Source: an uncultured Gemmatimonadales bacterium (GTDB lineage: Bacteria > Gemmatimonadota > Gemmatimonadetes > Longimicrobiales > RSA9). Taken from it: 64,000 bases of DNA. The translations under genes were made by a program, and so were the position numbers. Shown piece by piece: positions 7,929 to 20,534 of this stretch. The stretch is taken from contig CAWFKH010000003.1 in the NCBI GenBank assembly GCA_963816355.1, forward strand, positions 256,001 through 320,000. Reading direction: 5' to 3'. The notes below the pieces were generated by a model. It saw nothing but the letters and a program-made list of their open reading frames with translations. It made no database searches and was not told the origin of the DNA. How positions within the stretch are numbered: the stretch's first letter is position 1; each line of letters starts with the position of its first letter.

Positions 7929-8363
7929 ATGAAGAAGGTTGTGTTGGCGGCGGCGGCGGTGGTCTTCGCCTCGGCCTGCGCACCGAAGTCGGCCCAGATG
8001 CCGATGACGCAGCAGATCACGGACTGGCGCGGCACCCTCAGCGCCGAGAACAATTCGGGCCTTCGCGGCGCGGCCTCGGCGCGTTCCGGCTACGGCCAGA
8101 CGGGCGTCTCGGTGACGATCGCGGGCCTGGCGGCGGGCGAGCAGCATCCGTGGCACATTCACAGCGGCACGTGCGGGAGCGGGGGACCGATCGTCGGCGC
8201 GCCGACCGCGTATCCGGTGCTGCAGGTGGGCAGCAACGGCGAGGCGAGCGCCTCGGCGAGCCTGAACGTGGAGCTGAACAGCGGCTCAAGCTATTACGTC
8301 AACATCCACAAGTCACCCTCCGATCTCGGCACGATCGTGGGGTGCGGCCCGATCACGCCCTGA
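7929..8363 (+). CDS. Lipoprotein with CHRD/Cu-Zn SOD-like domain
   Basis: Lipobox ASAC; HPWHIHSGTC and YYVNIH...GCG motifs. Confidence 0.8.
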   Translation: MKKVVLAAAAVVFASACAPKSAQMPMTQQITDWRGTLSAENNSGLRGAASARSGYGQTGVSVTIAGLAAGEQHPWHIHSGTCGSGGPIVGAPTAYPVLQVGSNGEASASASLNVELNSGSSYYVNIHKSPSDLGTIVGCGPITP

Positions 8364-8399
8364 GCGTCTCCAGCCCGCGAAGCGGGTCCGGCGGCCGCG

Positions 8400-8432
8400 A
8401 CCGGGGCTCCTCACGGGGCCCCGGTTTTTCTT
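8400..8432 (+). terminator. Rho-independent terminator
   Basis: ACCGGGGCTCC-TCAC-GGGGCCCCGGT hairpin followed by TTTTCTTT. Confidence 0.8.
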
Positions 8433-8517
8433 TGGCGGGCCGGCGCGGCACGCTGCGCCCGCCGGCCGGCGGCCGCGCCGCATTGTTCCGGACCCCTCCG
8501 CCCGCTATCCTCCTGCG

Positions 8518-9498
8518 ATGCTGCTGCAGGGGATCCTGTTCGTACTCGGCCTCGTCGGCCTCTACTTCGGCGCGGAATGGCTGGTCCGCGGCGCGTCGCG
8601 GCTGGCGCGCTCGATCGGCGTGAGCGCGCTGGTGATCGGGCTGACGGTCGTCGCGTTCGGCACCTCGGCGCCGGAGCTGGTGGTGAGCGTGCTCGCGGCG
8701 ACGTCGGGGCAGCCGGACGTGGCGCTGGGCAACGTGGTGGGCTCGAACATCGCGAACGTCGCGGTGATCCTCGGGCTGACGGCGCTCGTCTGCCCGATCG
8801 GCATCCAGCGGCAGCTCGTGCGGCGCGAGATCCCGTTCATGATCGTCGTCTCGATCGCGCTCGTCGTGTTCGCGGTCGACGGCACGCTGTCGCGCTTCGA
8901 CGGCGGCATCCTGCTCGCGGGAGGCGCGGGCTACGTCGCGCGGACGGTGCGTCTGTCGCGCGAGCAGCCGCCGGTGGTGGCGGCGGAGTACGACGAGCTG
9001 GTGCGCGCCGAGCACCTCGACGTGGTGTCGGGCAGCCGCACGCGGGAGGTGCTGCGCCTCCTCTTCGGCATCGTCGTGCTCGTGGCGGCGGCGCGCCTGC
9101 TGGTCGTCTCGGCGGTCTTCTTCGCGCGCTCGCTCGGCATCTCGGAGCTCGTGATCGGCCTGACGATCGTCGCGATCGGGACGTCGCTGCCCGAGTTGGC
9201 GACGTCGCTCTCGGCCGCGCACCGGAAGGAGACCGACATCGCGGCCGGCAACGTCGTCGGCTCGAACATCTTCAACATCCTGGCGATCCTGGGCGTGGCG
9301 GCGCTGGTGCATCCGATCGCGGTACACCCGGCGGCGCTGCGGGAGGACGTGCCGGTGATGGTGGGGATCAGCGTGCTGCTGCTGCCGCTGGCGTGGAACC
9401 GGGAGCGGCTGGGGCGGCGCGAGGGCGCGTTGCTGGTGGCCACCTACGTCCTCTTCGCGGTGTTCCTCTTCAGCCGGGCGGCGCCGCCGCCCCTTTGA
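8518..9498 (+). CDS. Calcium/sodium antiporter (YrbG family)
   Basis: Two repeated GTS(A/L)PEL...GNVVGSNI.N alpha-repeats. Confidence 0.92.
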   Translation: MLLQGILFVLGLVGLYFGAEWLVRGASRLARSIGVSALVIGLTVVAFGTSAPELVVSVLAATSGQPDVALGNVVGSNIANVAVILGLTALVCPIGIQRQLVRREIPFMIVVSIALVVFAVDGTLSRFDGGILLAGGAGYVARTVRLSREQPPVVAAEYDELVRAEHLDVVSGSRTREVLRLLFGIVVLVAAARLLVVSAVFFARSLGISELVIGLTIVAIGTSLPELATSLSAAHRKETDIAAGNVVGSNIFNILAILGVAALVHPIAVHPAALREDVPVMVGISVLLLPLAWNRERLGRREGALLVATYVLFAVFLFSRAAPPPL

Positions 9499-9586
9499 TG
9501 GCGGCCGGCAACCGGCTTATCTTCGGGGTGCCGCCGGGCGGCGCGCGAGCGGCGGCGAGAGCGCGATTCGAGGACGGGGGAGCACG

Positions 9587-10336
9587 ATGGCGGGCCACAG
9601 CAAATGGGCTCAGATCAAGCGCAAGAAGGCGGCGAACGACGCCAAGCGCGGCAAGATCTTCACGAAGCTGATCCGTGAGATCACGGTCGCGGCGCGCAAC
9701 GGCGGCGGCGACCCCGCGTTCAATCCGCGGCTGCGGCTGGCGATCGACACCGCCAAGGCCGCGAACATGCCGAACGACAACATCGACCGCGCGGTCGAGC
9801 GCGGCACCGGCGACGCGGAAGGCTACCGCTACGAGGAGGTCGCCTACGAGGGGTACGGCCCCGCGGGCGTCGCGCTCTACATCGAGACGCTGACCGACAA
9901 CGCGAACCGCACCGTCTCGGAGCTGCGCTTCATCCTCGACCGCAACGGCGGCAACCTGGGGCAGAACGGCTCGGTCGCGTGGCAGTTCGAGCGCAAGGGC
10001 GAGATCCACGTGGACGCGTCCCGCTACGACGAGGACGCGCTGCTCATGGCCGCGCTCGAGGCGGGCGCCGAGGACATGCGCCGCGAGGACGACGGCTTCG
10101 TCGTCACGACCGCGCCCACCGCCTTCCACACCGTGCAGGACGGCCTGCGCGAGCACGGCATCGAGTTCCGCGAGGCCGAGCTGACGATGGTCGCCCGGAC
10201 GAGCGTCGACGTCGACGGCGACGACGCCCGCAAGCTGCTCCGCATCCTCGACCTCCTCGACGACAACGACGACGTGCAGAAGGTGCACACGAACGCCGAG
10301 ATCTCGGACGCCGCGCTCGCGGCCGCCGGCGCTTGA
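9587..10336 (+). CDS. yebC: YebC/PmpR family protein
   Basis: MAGHSKWAQIKRKK, NPRLR, YEGYGP motifs; lies upstream of ruvC. Confidence 0.95.
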   Translation: MAGHSKWAQIKRKKAANDAKRGKIFTKLIREITVAARNGGGDPAFNPRLRLAIDTAKAANMPNDNIDRAVERGTGDAEGYRYEEVAYEGYGPAGVALYIETLTDNANRTVSELRFILDRNGGNLGQNGSVAWQFERKGEIHVDASRYDEDALLMAALEAGAEDMRREDDGFVVTTAPTAFHTVQDGLREHGIEFREAELTMVARTSVDVDGDDARKLLRILDLLDDNDDVQKVHTNAEISDAALAAAGA

Positions 10337-10875
10337 TCGTCCTCGGCGTCGATCCCGGCACCGCCGCCACCGGCTACGGCGTCGTCGTCCGCGCGGACGG
10401 CGGCGCCGTCTCGCTTAGGGAGTGCGGCGTCATCCGGACCGACGCCGCCGCGCCGCTCGCCGAGCGGCTGCGCGACATCCACCAGGGCGTCGCCGAGGTG
10501 ATCGCGCGCCACGCGCCGGACGTGGTCGCCATCGAGGACGTCTACTACGGCCGCAACGTGCGCTCGACCGTGACGCTCGGCCACGCGCGCGCCGCCGCGA
10601 TGCTGGCCGCGGCGCTCGGCGGCGTGCGCGTCGCCGAGTACTCGCCCTCGGCGGTGAAGAGCGCGATCGTCGGCCACGGCCGCGCGACGAAGGAGCAGGT
10701 GCAGTACATGGTGCAGCGGCTGCTGCACCTGAAGGAGGCGCCGCGCCCGCACGACGCCGCCGACGGCGTCGCCGTCGCGCTCTGCCACTGCGGATCCGGC
10801 CCCGCCGCGATCGCGCGCGAGCGCATCCCCAGCGACGCCGATCTGCTGCGCCGCGCGGTCGGCTACCAGCCGTGA
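10333..10875 (+). CDS. ruvC: Holliday junction resolvase RuvC
   Basis: TTG start overlapping the yebC stop; VLGVDPG...TGYGVV, AIE, ATKEQV, HDAADGVAVA. Confidence 0.95.
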   Translation: MIVLGVDPGTAATGYGVVVRADGGAVSLRECGVIRTDAAAPLAERLRDIHQGVAEVIARHAPDVVAIEDVYYGRNVRSTVTLGHARAAAMLAAALGGVRVAEYSPSAVKSAIVGHGRATKEQVQYMVQRLLHLKEAPRPHDAADGVAVALCHCGSGPAAIARERIPSDADLLRRAVGYQP

Positions 10876-11459
10876 TCAGCCGCATTCGGGGCACGCTGCT
10901 GCAGCGCGCGCTGGACAGCGTCGAGGTGCTCACGGCGGGCGGCGTCGCCTACGAGATCTCGGTGCCGCTCGCGGTCTACGAGCGGCTGCCGCGGGAAGGC
11001 GAGGAGGTGGAGCTGCGGACGCACCAGGTGGTGCGCGAGGACGCGCTCGAGCTGTACGGCTTCCTCGAAGCGCGCGACCGCCGCCTCTTCGAGCGCCTGC
11101 TCGGCGCGCCCGGCGTGGGGCCGCGCCTCGCGCTCGCGATGATGTCGACGCTCTCCGCCGAGCGCCTCGTCGCCGCCATCCGCGACCGCGACCTCGCCGT
11201 GCTGCGCCAGGTGCCGGGCCTCGGCACGAAGAAGGCTGAGAAAGTGGTGGTCGAGCTGGCGGACAAGGTGGACGACCTCGCGTTCGCGCCGAGCGAGCGG
11301 CCGCGCGGCCGCGCGGCCGAGGAGGCGGTCGGCGCGCTCGTCTCGCTGGGCTACAACGCGAGCGCCGCGGCGAGCGCGGTGCGCCACGCGCTGGACGAGA
11401 GGACGGACCTCGAGGGCGCGGCGCTGATCAAGGCCGCGCTGGCGCGGGTCGGCGCCTGA
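10872..11459 (+). CDS. ruvA: Holliday junction branch migration protein RuvA
   Basis: GTG start; ISRIRG, GGVAYE, VREDALELYGF, HhH motifs PGVGPR and VPGLGTKKA. Confidence 0.95.
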   Translation: MISRIRGTLLQRALDSVEVLTAGGVAYEISVPLAVYERLPREGEEVELRTHQVVREDALELYGFLEARDRRLFERLLGAPGVGPRLALAMMSTLSAERLVAAIRDRDLAVLRQVPGLGTKKAEKVVVELADKVDDLAFAPSERPRGRAAEEAVGALVSLGYNASAAASAVRHALDERTDLEGAALIKAALARVGA

Positions 11460-11493
11460 GCGCTCCGGCGGCTGCCGGCAGGTCGCCGTCCCG

Positions 11494-13050
11494 CTACTCC
11501 GCCATCACCGGCGCGCCTTCCTCCATGTGACCCGCGCGCAGCAGGAGCACGAGCGGGATCGCGACGACGAAGAGGAGCGTCACCAGCGCGAAGACGTGGT
11601 TGTAGGCGAGGACCGTGGCCTGGCGGAGGACGTTGAAGCGGAGCAGAGCGAGCGCCCGCTTCATCGCCGTCGCCGGGTCGGAGCCGGCGGCGATCATGGC
11701 GCCGCTCACGCGCTGCAGCCAGGCGCGCGTCGCGAAGTCGTAGGCCGTGACGTGATCGCCCAGGATCTGTGAGTAGCGCGAGACGCCGGACGCGAGCTGC
11801 GTCGCCGAGACCGCGATGCCGACGCTGCCGAACACCTGCCGCACGACGTTGTAGAGGCCGGACGCCTCGGTCATCTTCGGGCGCGCGATGGTGGCGAGCG
11901 CGGCGGTGCTGAGCGCGACGAAGATGAGGCTGAAGCCGACGCCCTGCCACACCTGGGGCCAGAAGATGTCCCAGAAGCCCATGTCCGGACTGAGGTGGGC
12001 GAGCTCCCAGAAGGAGAACGCGCTGACGAGCAGGCCGGTGCCGACCAGGACGCGGGGGCCGAGGCGGTTGTAGAAGCGGCCGCCGATCGGCATGATCACC
12101 GCCATCGCGAGGCTGCGCGGCATCAGCGCGAGGCCGGACTTGAGGGCCGGATAGCCGAGCTGGTTCTGCAGGAAGAGCGGCAGCAGGAAGAGGCTGCCGT
12201 ACAGTCCCATCCCCAGCACGCCGCCCAGCGCCGTGGCGGAGCTGAACGAGGAGTTCTTCAGGATCCGCAGGTCGACCGCCGGCCGGTCCACGCGCAGCTC
12301 CCTCCAGACGAAGAGGACGAAGCCGAGCAGCGCGACGACCGCCAGGTTCGTGATGAAGGAGGAAGAGAACCAGTCGTTGCGCTCGCCCTGCTCGAGCATG
12401 AGCTGGAGCGCGCCGAGGCCGACGGTCATGAGGCCGAGGCCGAGCCAGTCGATGCGCCCCTTCTCGCGCAGCAGGTAGTGCGGATCCCGGATGAAGCGCT
12501 GCACCAGCATCAGGTTCAGCACGCCGACCGGGACGTTGATGTAGAAGATCCACGGCCACGCGTAGCGGTCGGTCAGCCAGCCGCCCAGCGTCGGCCCGAT
12601 CGCCGGCGCCAGCACCACGCCCATCCCGTAGATCCCCATCGCGAGACCCTGCTCCTCGGCGGGGAACGTCTCGCGCAGGATCGCCTGCGGCACCGTGATG
12701 ATCACGCCGCCGCCGAGTCCCTGCAGGATGCGGAAGACGACCATCGTCGGCAGCGAGCGCGCCAGGCCGCACGCCATCGACGCGAGCGTGAACAGGGCGA
12801 CGCTGGCCATGAACAGCCGCTTGCGGCCGAAGCGGGCGCTGAGCAGGCCCACGATCGGCATCACGATGACGTTGGCGAGGATGTAGGCGGTGACGACCCA
12901 GGTGATCTCCTCGACCGTCGCGCCCAGCGTGCCGCGCATGTTCGGCAGCGCCACGTTGACGATGCTCGAGTCGAGCACGGCCATGACCGTGCCGGTCAGG
13001 ACCGTCCCCGCCACCACCCATTTGTTCGTTCCGGTGGGCTCCGAAGTCAT
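11494..13050 (-). CDS. DHA2-family MFS efflux transporter (EmrB/QacA)
   Basis: LDSSIVNVALP, WVVTAY, GPTLGGW, WIFYINVPVG; 14-TM-type pattern. Confidence 0.93.
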   Translation of the reverse strand: MTSEPTGTNKWVVAGTVLTGTVMAVLDSSIVNVALPNMRGTLGATVEEITWVVTAYILANVIVMPIVGLLSARFGRKRLFMASVALFTLASMACGLARSLPTMVVFRILQGLGGGVIITVPQAILRETFPAEEQGLAMGIYGMGVVLAPAIGPTLGGWLTDRYAWPWIFYINVPVGVLNLMLVQRFIRDPHYLLREKGRIDWLGLGLMTVGLGALQLMLEQGERNDWFSSSFITNLAVVALLGFVLFVWRELRVDRPAVDLRILKNSSFSSATALGGVLGMGLYGSLFLLPLFLQNQLGYPALKSGLALMPRSLAMAVIMPIGGRFYNRLGPRVLVGTGLLVSAFSFWELAHLSPDMGFWDIFWPQVWQGVGFSLIFVALSTAALATIARPKMTEASGLYNVVRQVFGSVGIAVSATQLASGVSRYSQILGDHVTAYDFATRAWLQRVSGAMIAAGSDPATAMKRALALLRFNVLRQATVLAYNHVFALVTLLFVVAIPLVLLLRAGHMEEGAPVMAE

Positions 13051-13352
13051 CTATCGGGCGTCGTCGTTGATTTCTCGTGCCGACTGCGGCGCTCGCATGA
13101 TCGGACGGGAAACCCCGCGAACGCCGCGAGGATCCCGCCCCTTCAACGGAAGGTACGCGACCCCACGAGGGTCACGCGACCCGGCCGCACGCAGCGCGCG
13201 TCGGCCGCGCCGGCTGCCGCCACCTTCGGGCTGCCGGCCGTCGGAGGCCTTTTCCCCACACGGATTCCGGGTCCTCCCGACGAACCTCCGCCCGTCGCGG
13301 CGCCATCTTCTCCTTCCGGGTCCCGTGCGAGATCGTCAGGAGGAGGTGTGCC

Positions 13353-13844
13353 ATGTCGTCGCCCGAGAAGGGATTTTCGCTGAACCTGACGCTGCGCGAA
13401 GGGTTCGAGTTCGACGTCGATTTCGAGATGCCGGCGGTCGAGGACCTGCTCGTGGACGAGCCGCCGCCGCTCGGCGAGGGGAACGGCCCCAACGCGGCGC
13501 GCCTGGTGGGCGCGGCGGTCGGCAACTGCCTCGGCGCGAGCCTCCTCTTCTGCCTGCGCCGCTCGAAGATCCAGGTGGAGCATCTCGAAGTGAAGGTGCA
13601 GGGCACGCTCGTCCGCAACGAGAGCGGCCGCCTCCGCATCGGCGGCATCGACGTCCGCCTCGAGCCGACCGTGAGCCTCGAGGACCGCCACCGCATGCAG
13701 CGCTGCCTCGACGTCTTCGAGGACTACTGCATCGTCACCGAGAGCGTGCGCGGCGGCATCGACGTCAACGTCGACGTCGCACCCTCGACCTCGCCCTCCG
13801 AGCTCGTCGTCGTCGAGGACCTGACGGAAGCGTTCGTCGACTGA
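13353..13844 (+). CDS. OsmC-family protein
   Basis: DEPPPLGEG.GPN...GNCL...FEDYCIVTESV; strong AGGAGG SD. Confidence 0.88.
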   Translation: MSSPEKGFSLNLTLREGFEFDVDFEMPAVEDLLVDEPPPLGEGNGPNAARLVGAAVGNCLGASLLFCLRRSKIQVEHLEVKVQGTLVRNESGRLRIGGIDVRLEPTVSLEDRHRMQRCLDVFEDYCIVTESVRGGIDVNVDVAPSTSPSELVVVEDLTEAFVD

Positions 13845-13942
13845 CGCAGGACGCCGGCGGGGACAAGGGCCTTGCGGCGCGCCGCCGCTCGGGGAATACG
13901 TTGTGCCGTTCCCCGGCTCCCTCGTCCCCGACCGGTCCCGTC

Positions 13943-15391
13943 ATGGCCCATCCGATCCGGCTCTCCGGCGCCGTCCGCGCGTTCCGCGTCCGCGCGCCCG
14001 TCCGCGCGTTCGCGCTCGCCTTCGCGCTCGCCCTCTCCGCCCTCGCGCCGGCCGCCGCGCCCGCGCCGCTCGCCGCGCAGAACGCCGATCCGGCGGCTGC
14101 GCACTCCGACACGGCGGTGCAGCGCGCGCCTGCGGCCGCCGCGCAGGACGCCGCCGCGCAGGACGCCGCCGCACGGGGATCCGGCGGCGCCGTCGTCGCC
14201 GACACGGCGGCCGGCGCCGTCCCGGTACCGGCGGCGTCGGCGAAGGCGATGCGCTACTACCGCAGCGGCAACGTGCTGTGGGCACTCGGCCTGCTGTGGG
14301 GCTTCGCGGTGCCGGCGTTCCTGCTCTTCTCCGGGCTGTCGGCGCGCGTGCGGGACGTGGCGTGGCGGATCGGCCGGCGCTGGTACCTGGCGCTCGTCGT
14401 ATACCTCGCGATCGTCACCGTGCTCTGGTGGCTGCTCGACCTGCCGCTGAGCTTCTACTCGAGCTTCGTCCACGAGCACGCGTTCGGGCTGTCGAATCAG
14501 ACGTTCGGGAAGTGGCTGCGCGACAGCGGCACCTCGCTCGCGGTGAGCGTGGTCGGCGCGGCGCTCGTGATGTGGATCCCGTACCTGCTGATCCGCAGGA
14601 GCCCGCGCCGCTGGTGGCTGTGGAGCGCCGCGGCGGTGCCGCCGTTCGTGATCGTGGCGTCGCTCGTCTACCCGATCTGGATCGCGCCGCTCTTCAACCA
14701 CTTCGGCCGCATGCAGGACCGCGCGCTCGAGACGCGCATCCTCGCGCTCGCGCACCGCGCCGGCATCGACGCCCAGCGCGTCTACGAGGTGAACAAGAGC
14801 GTCGACACGAACGCCGTGAACGCGTACGTCACGGGCTTCGGCGGCACCAAGCGCATCGTGCTGTGGGACACCCTGCTGCGGAAGCTGGACGACCGCGAGG
14901 TGCTCACCGTCATGGCGCACGAGATGGGGCACTACGTGCTGCACCACGTCGTGTGGTCGATCCTGCTCACCTCCCTGCTCGCGTTCCTGGCGCTGTTCGC
15001 CGTCCACCGCGCCGCCACGTGGGCGATCCGCCGCTTCGGACGACGCTTCCGCTTCGACGACCTCGGCGACTTCGCGTCCTACCCGCTGCTCGCGCTCACC
15101 CTCAGCCTCGTCGCGCTCCTCGCCTCGCCGCTGCTGCTCGCGCACACCCGCCACCAGGAGCACGAGGCCGACCGCTTCGCGCTCGAGATCACGCACGACA
15201 ACCGCGCGCTCGCGACCGCCTTCGTCAAGCTCCAGACGACGAACCTCGCCAACCCGGATCCGGGGCCGCTCTACACGTTCTGGCGCGCCTCCCACCCGTC
15301 GATCGCCGAACGCATCCGCTTCGCCAACGCCTACCACCCCTGGACGAGCGGCGAGCCCCTGCGCTACGGGGGGCGCTTCGCGCCGAGATAG
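13943..15391 (+). CDS. M48 (Ste24-like) zinc metallopeptidase
   Basis: NAYVTG, RIVLWDTLL, HEMGH, EHEADRF, SHPSIAERI; signal-like N-terminus with a short AAAQD repeat. Confidence 0.9.
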   Translation: MAHPIRLSGAVRAFRVRAPVRAFALAFALALSALAPAAAPAPLAAQNADPAAAHSDTAVQRAPAAAAQDAAAQDAAARGSGGAVVADTAAGAVPVPAASAKAMRYYRSGNVLWALGLLWGFAVPAFLLFSGLSARVRDVAWRIGRRWYLALVVYLAIVTVLWWLLDLPLSFYSSFVHEHAFGLSNQTFGKWLRDSGTSLAVSVVGAALVMWIPYLLIRRSPRRWWLWSAAAVPPFVIVASLVYPIWIAPLFNHFGRMQDRALETRILALAHRAGIDAQRVYEVNKSVDTNAVNAYVTGFGGTKRIVLWDTLLRKLDDREVLTVMAHEMGHYVLHHVVWSILLTSLLAFLALFAVHRAATWAIRRFGRRFRFDDLGDFASYPLLALTLSLVALLASPLLLAHTRHQEHEADRFALEITHDNRALATAFVKLQTTNLANPDPGPLYTFWRASHPSIAERIRFANAYHPWTSGEPLRYGGRFAPR

Positions 15392-16050
15392 CGGAGGAGG
15401 CTGGAGAGCGCGGAGGGACGGCCTGGCACGGAGGGGTCGGAGGGTCGGACGGCACGGAGGGAGCTGTTGTTTCTGGCTCATCGCTGTTCTGTGTGGGTCG
15501 AGCCGGCGCGGGGGACGTCAAAGCGCCCCCTCGCCGGACCGATCCCGGCGTGGGGCACACTGGACGGCGCGGAGAGCGGTCAACTCCGCCCCTCGCCCGA
15601 AGCCGCACCCTCGCGGGGCCATTGCGGCCGCGCCTCGCGCGGTCCGATCTGCCCCGGACCGGAAATGGCGGCCGGCGGGGTGAGTTGACGGCGATTACGG
15701 ACCGCGCGGAGCGGCCGTCCGGAAGACGCAGGCGCGCTGGACCAGGCCGGTGCGGGGCCGCGCGGCTGCGCGCTGCCACCCGTCCCTGGTCTTCCGGGAG
15801 AGTTGGCGCATTCGCGGGGATGTGCTGCAGACGTTGACCGGCAGACGTCCTCGCGGTGTCCGGGTCGGGTGACACCGTGACGAAACCGGCATTCACGCAG
15901 AATTCCATACGCTCCCCCGGCGCGCCGCGGCGCCCCGGCCGAAGCTCCGCCGCGACCCGAGAAGAAATCCGTTCTCCGCGCCCTCCGACCCTCCGACTGT
16001 TCTCCGTGACAAGCCGTCCCTCCGCGATCTCCACCCCCTCCGCTCTCTCG
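15384..16050. mobile_element. MITE/REP-like element with ~76-bp imperfect terminal inverted repeats
   Basis: 15384-15459 aligns by eye to the reverse complement of 15974-16050 at roughly 85% identity. The ~515-bp core has no recognisable gene. Confidence 0.65.
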
Positions 16051-16056
16051 CCTCAT

Positions 16057-16084
16057 TTGTCTTTCAACTCCCCGCCGCTATTTT
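16057..16084 (+). promoter_or_regulatory. Possible sigma70 promoter for ruvB
   Basis: TTGTCT-16 bp-TATTTT in an AT-rich patch upstream of ruvB. Confidence 0.35.
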
Positions 16085-16164
16085 TCGAGCGAGCCCCGGC
16101 TTCTCCCGGCGATCCGCCGGCAGCGTGTGGCGGGTCCGGTCCAGCGTCTTCATCCGGTAGTCCA

Positions 16165-17208
16165 GTGAGCGGCAGATCCGAGATCACCACACCCGACGTC
16201 GTGGGCGAGGAGAGCGCGGTCGAGCTTTCGCTGCGGCCGCAGCGGCTGGTCGAGTTCATCGGCCAGGCGAAGGTGAAGGAGGCGCTGCAGATCGCGATCG
16301 AGGCGGCGCTCGCCCGCCGCGAGCCGCTCGACCACACGCTCTTCCATGGACCGCCCGGCCTCGGCAAGACCACGCTCGCGATGCTGATGGCGCGCGAGCT
16401 GGGGGTGAACATCAAGACGACGTCCGGCCCCGTGCTCGAGAAGCCGGGCGACCTCGTCGCGATCCTCACGAACCTGCGCGAGGGCGACCTCCTCTTCATC
16501 GACGAGATCCACCGCCTGCGGCCCGTCATCGAGGAGTTCCTCTACCCCGCGATGGAGGACTACCGCATCGACATCCGCCTCTCCGACGGGCCGAAGGCGC
16601 AGACCGTCACGGTGCCGGTCGAGCGCTTCACCCTCGTCGGGGCGACGACGCGCTTCGGCCTCCTGACGCCGCCCATGCGCGCCCGCTTCGGCATCGTCCA
16701 GCGCCTCAACTTCTACGGCACCGAGGACCTGATCGAGATCGTCCACCGCAGCGCCGACATCCTGCACGTCGGCTGCAGCGACGAGGGCGCGCTCGAGGTC
16801 GCGCGCCGCGCGCGCGGAACGCCGCGCGTCGCCAACCGGCTGCTGCGCCGCGTTCGCGACTACGCCCAGGTGCGGGCCGACGGCGCCATCGACCGCGCCG
16901 TCGCCGACGACGCGCTGCAGATGCTCGACGTCGACCAGTACGGCCTCGACGAGATGGACGGCCGCATCGTGCGCGCGATCATCGAGCACTTCGACGGCGG
17001 CCCCGTCGGCCTCAACACGCTCGCCGTCGCGGTCGGCGAGGATTCCGGCACCCTCGAGGAGGTGTACGAGCCGTTCCTCATCCAGAACGGCTTCCTCATG
17101 CGCACGCCCCGCGGCCGCGTCGCCACCAGCAAGGCCTACCGCCACTTCGGCTTCAGCCTGCCCGCCGAGCGCCAGGCCGGCGGCCAGCCGACGCTCTTCG
17201 AGGCGTAG
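16165..17208 (+). CDS. ruvB: Holliday junction DNA helicase RuvB
   Basis: [50 protein letters not shown] start inferred. Confidence 0.96.
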   Translation: MSGRSEITTPDVVGEESAVELSLRPQRLVEFIGQAKVKEALQIAIEAALARREPLDHTLFHGPPGLGKTTLAMLMARELGVNIKTTSGPVLEKPGDLVAILTNLREGDLLFIDEIHRLRPVIEEFLYPAMEDYRIDIRLSDGPKAQTVTVPVERFTLVGATTRFGLLTPPMRARFGIVQRLNFYGTEDLIEIVHRSADILHVGCSDEGALEVARRARGTPRVANRLLRRVRDYAQVRADGAIDRAVADDALQMLDVDQYGLDEMDGRIVRAIIEHFDGGPVGLNTLAVAVGEDSGTLEEVYEPFLIQNGFLMRTPRGRVATSKAYRHFGFSLPAERQAGGQPTLFEA

Positions 17209-17209
17209 C

Positions 17210-17683
17210 GTGGCCGACGTCGTCTCGCTCTCCGTCGCGGACTTCCGCCTCCTCGACGCCCGCTGCCGCGAGCACGGCAACTCCCACCTGCGCATGGCCG
17301 CCGCGCTCGCCGAGGCGGACGCCGGCGCCACGCTCGAGCGGCTGCGCGCGCTCCGCCGCATGGAGCGCCGCTTCCGCGTCGACCTCGGCCACCTGTGCGC
17401 CAGCATGGCCCGCCGCGACGAGCCGTCCACCCACCCGATCGAGCGCTGGGTGCTGGGCTACGTCGCCGAGTGGCGTGACGTCGTCCCGAGCGGGACCGGC
17501 GCCACCCAGGACGGGCGCGCCGCCGAGGATGGCCGCGACGCCGCCGAGGACGGCCGCGACGCCCCCGAGGACGGCCGCGACGCCGCCGAGGATGGCGGGC
17601 CGCAGCGGCGCCTCTGGATCACGCTCGACCGCCTGCGCGAAGTGCGGCGCTGGATCGAAGCGGGCCGGATGGTGGAGAGTTAG
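17210..17683 (+). CDS. Hypothetical protein with DGRDAAE repeat insert
   Basis: Coupled to the ruvB stop with typical codon usage; 21-nt tandem repeats at ~17515-17595. Confidence 0.65.
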   Translation: MADVVSLSVADFRLLDARCREHGNSHLRMAAALAEADAGATLERLRALRRMERRFRVDLGHLCASMARRDEPSTHPIERWVLGYVAEWRDVVPSGTGATQDGRAAEDGRDAAEDGRDAPEDGRDAAEDGGPQRRLWITLDRLREVRRWIEAGRMVES

Positions 17684-17747
17684 ACCGGGGGGCCCGCCTC
17701 TGGCGAGGGGCCTCGCGTTGACTTCGGGGTGCCCCTACCTTCCGCGC

Positions 17748-20185
<2,438 letters not shown>

Positions 20186-20193
20186 GAGGTTCG

Positions 20194-20532
20194 ATGCTCG
20201 ACACGATAGCGCTCGCCGCGCTGCAGGGGACCGCCGCCCGCGGCGGCTCCGGCATCTTCGCGCTCGTGCTGCAGTTCGGCGCGATCATCGCCATCTTCTG
20301 GTTCCTGCTGATCCGCCCGCAGCGCAAGCAGCAGCAGAAGCACCGGGAGATGCTCGCCGCCCTCAAGCGCGGCGACGAGGTGATGACCGAGGGCGGCGTG
20401 CTCGGCGAGGTGATCCACATCGCCGAGGACCGCGTGACGCTCAAGACGGCGGAGAACACGCGCCTGCTCGTCGCCCGGCCGAAGATCCAGCGGATCTTCA
20501 CGGCGCAGGCCGCGGAGTCGACGAAGGAGTGA
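20194..20532 (+). CDS. yajC: Preprotein translocase subunit YajC
   Basis: FLLIRPQRKQQ...LKRGDEV.T.GG; AGGAGG SD. Confidence 0.93.
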   Translation: MLDTIALAALQGTAARGGSGIFALVLQFGAIIAIFWFLLIRPQRKQQQKHREMLAALKRGDEVMTEGGVLGEVIHIAEDRVTLKTAENTRLLVARPKIQRIFTAQAAESTKE

Positions 20533-20534
20533 AG

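Noticed and set aside
15860..15900. GTGACGAAAC motif suggesting a hammerhead ribozyme
   Set aside because: No CUGANGA core or compatible stems were found nearby.
17718..17742. TTGACT...TACCTT promoter for queA
   Set aside because: The spacer is only 12 bp.
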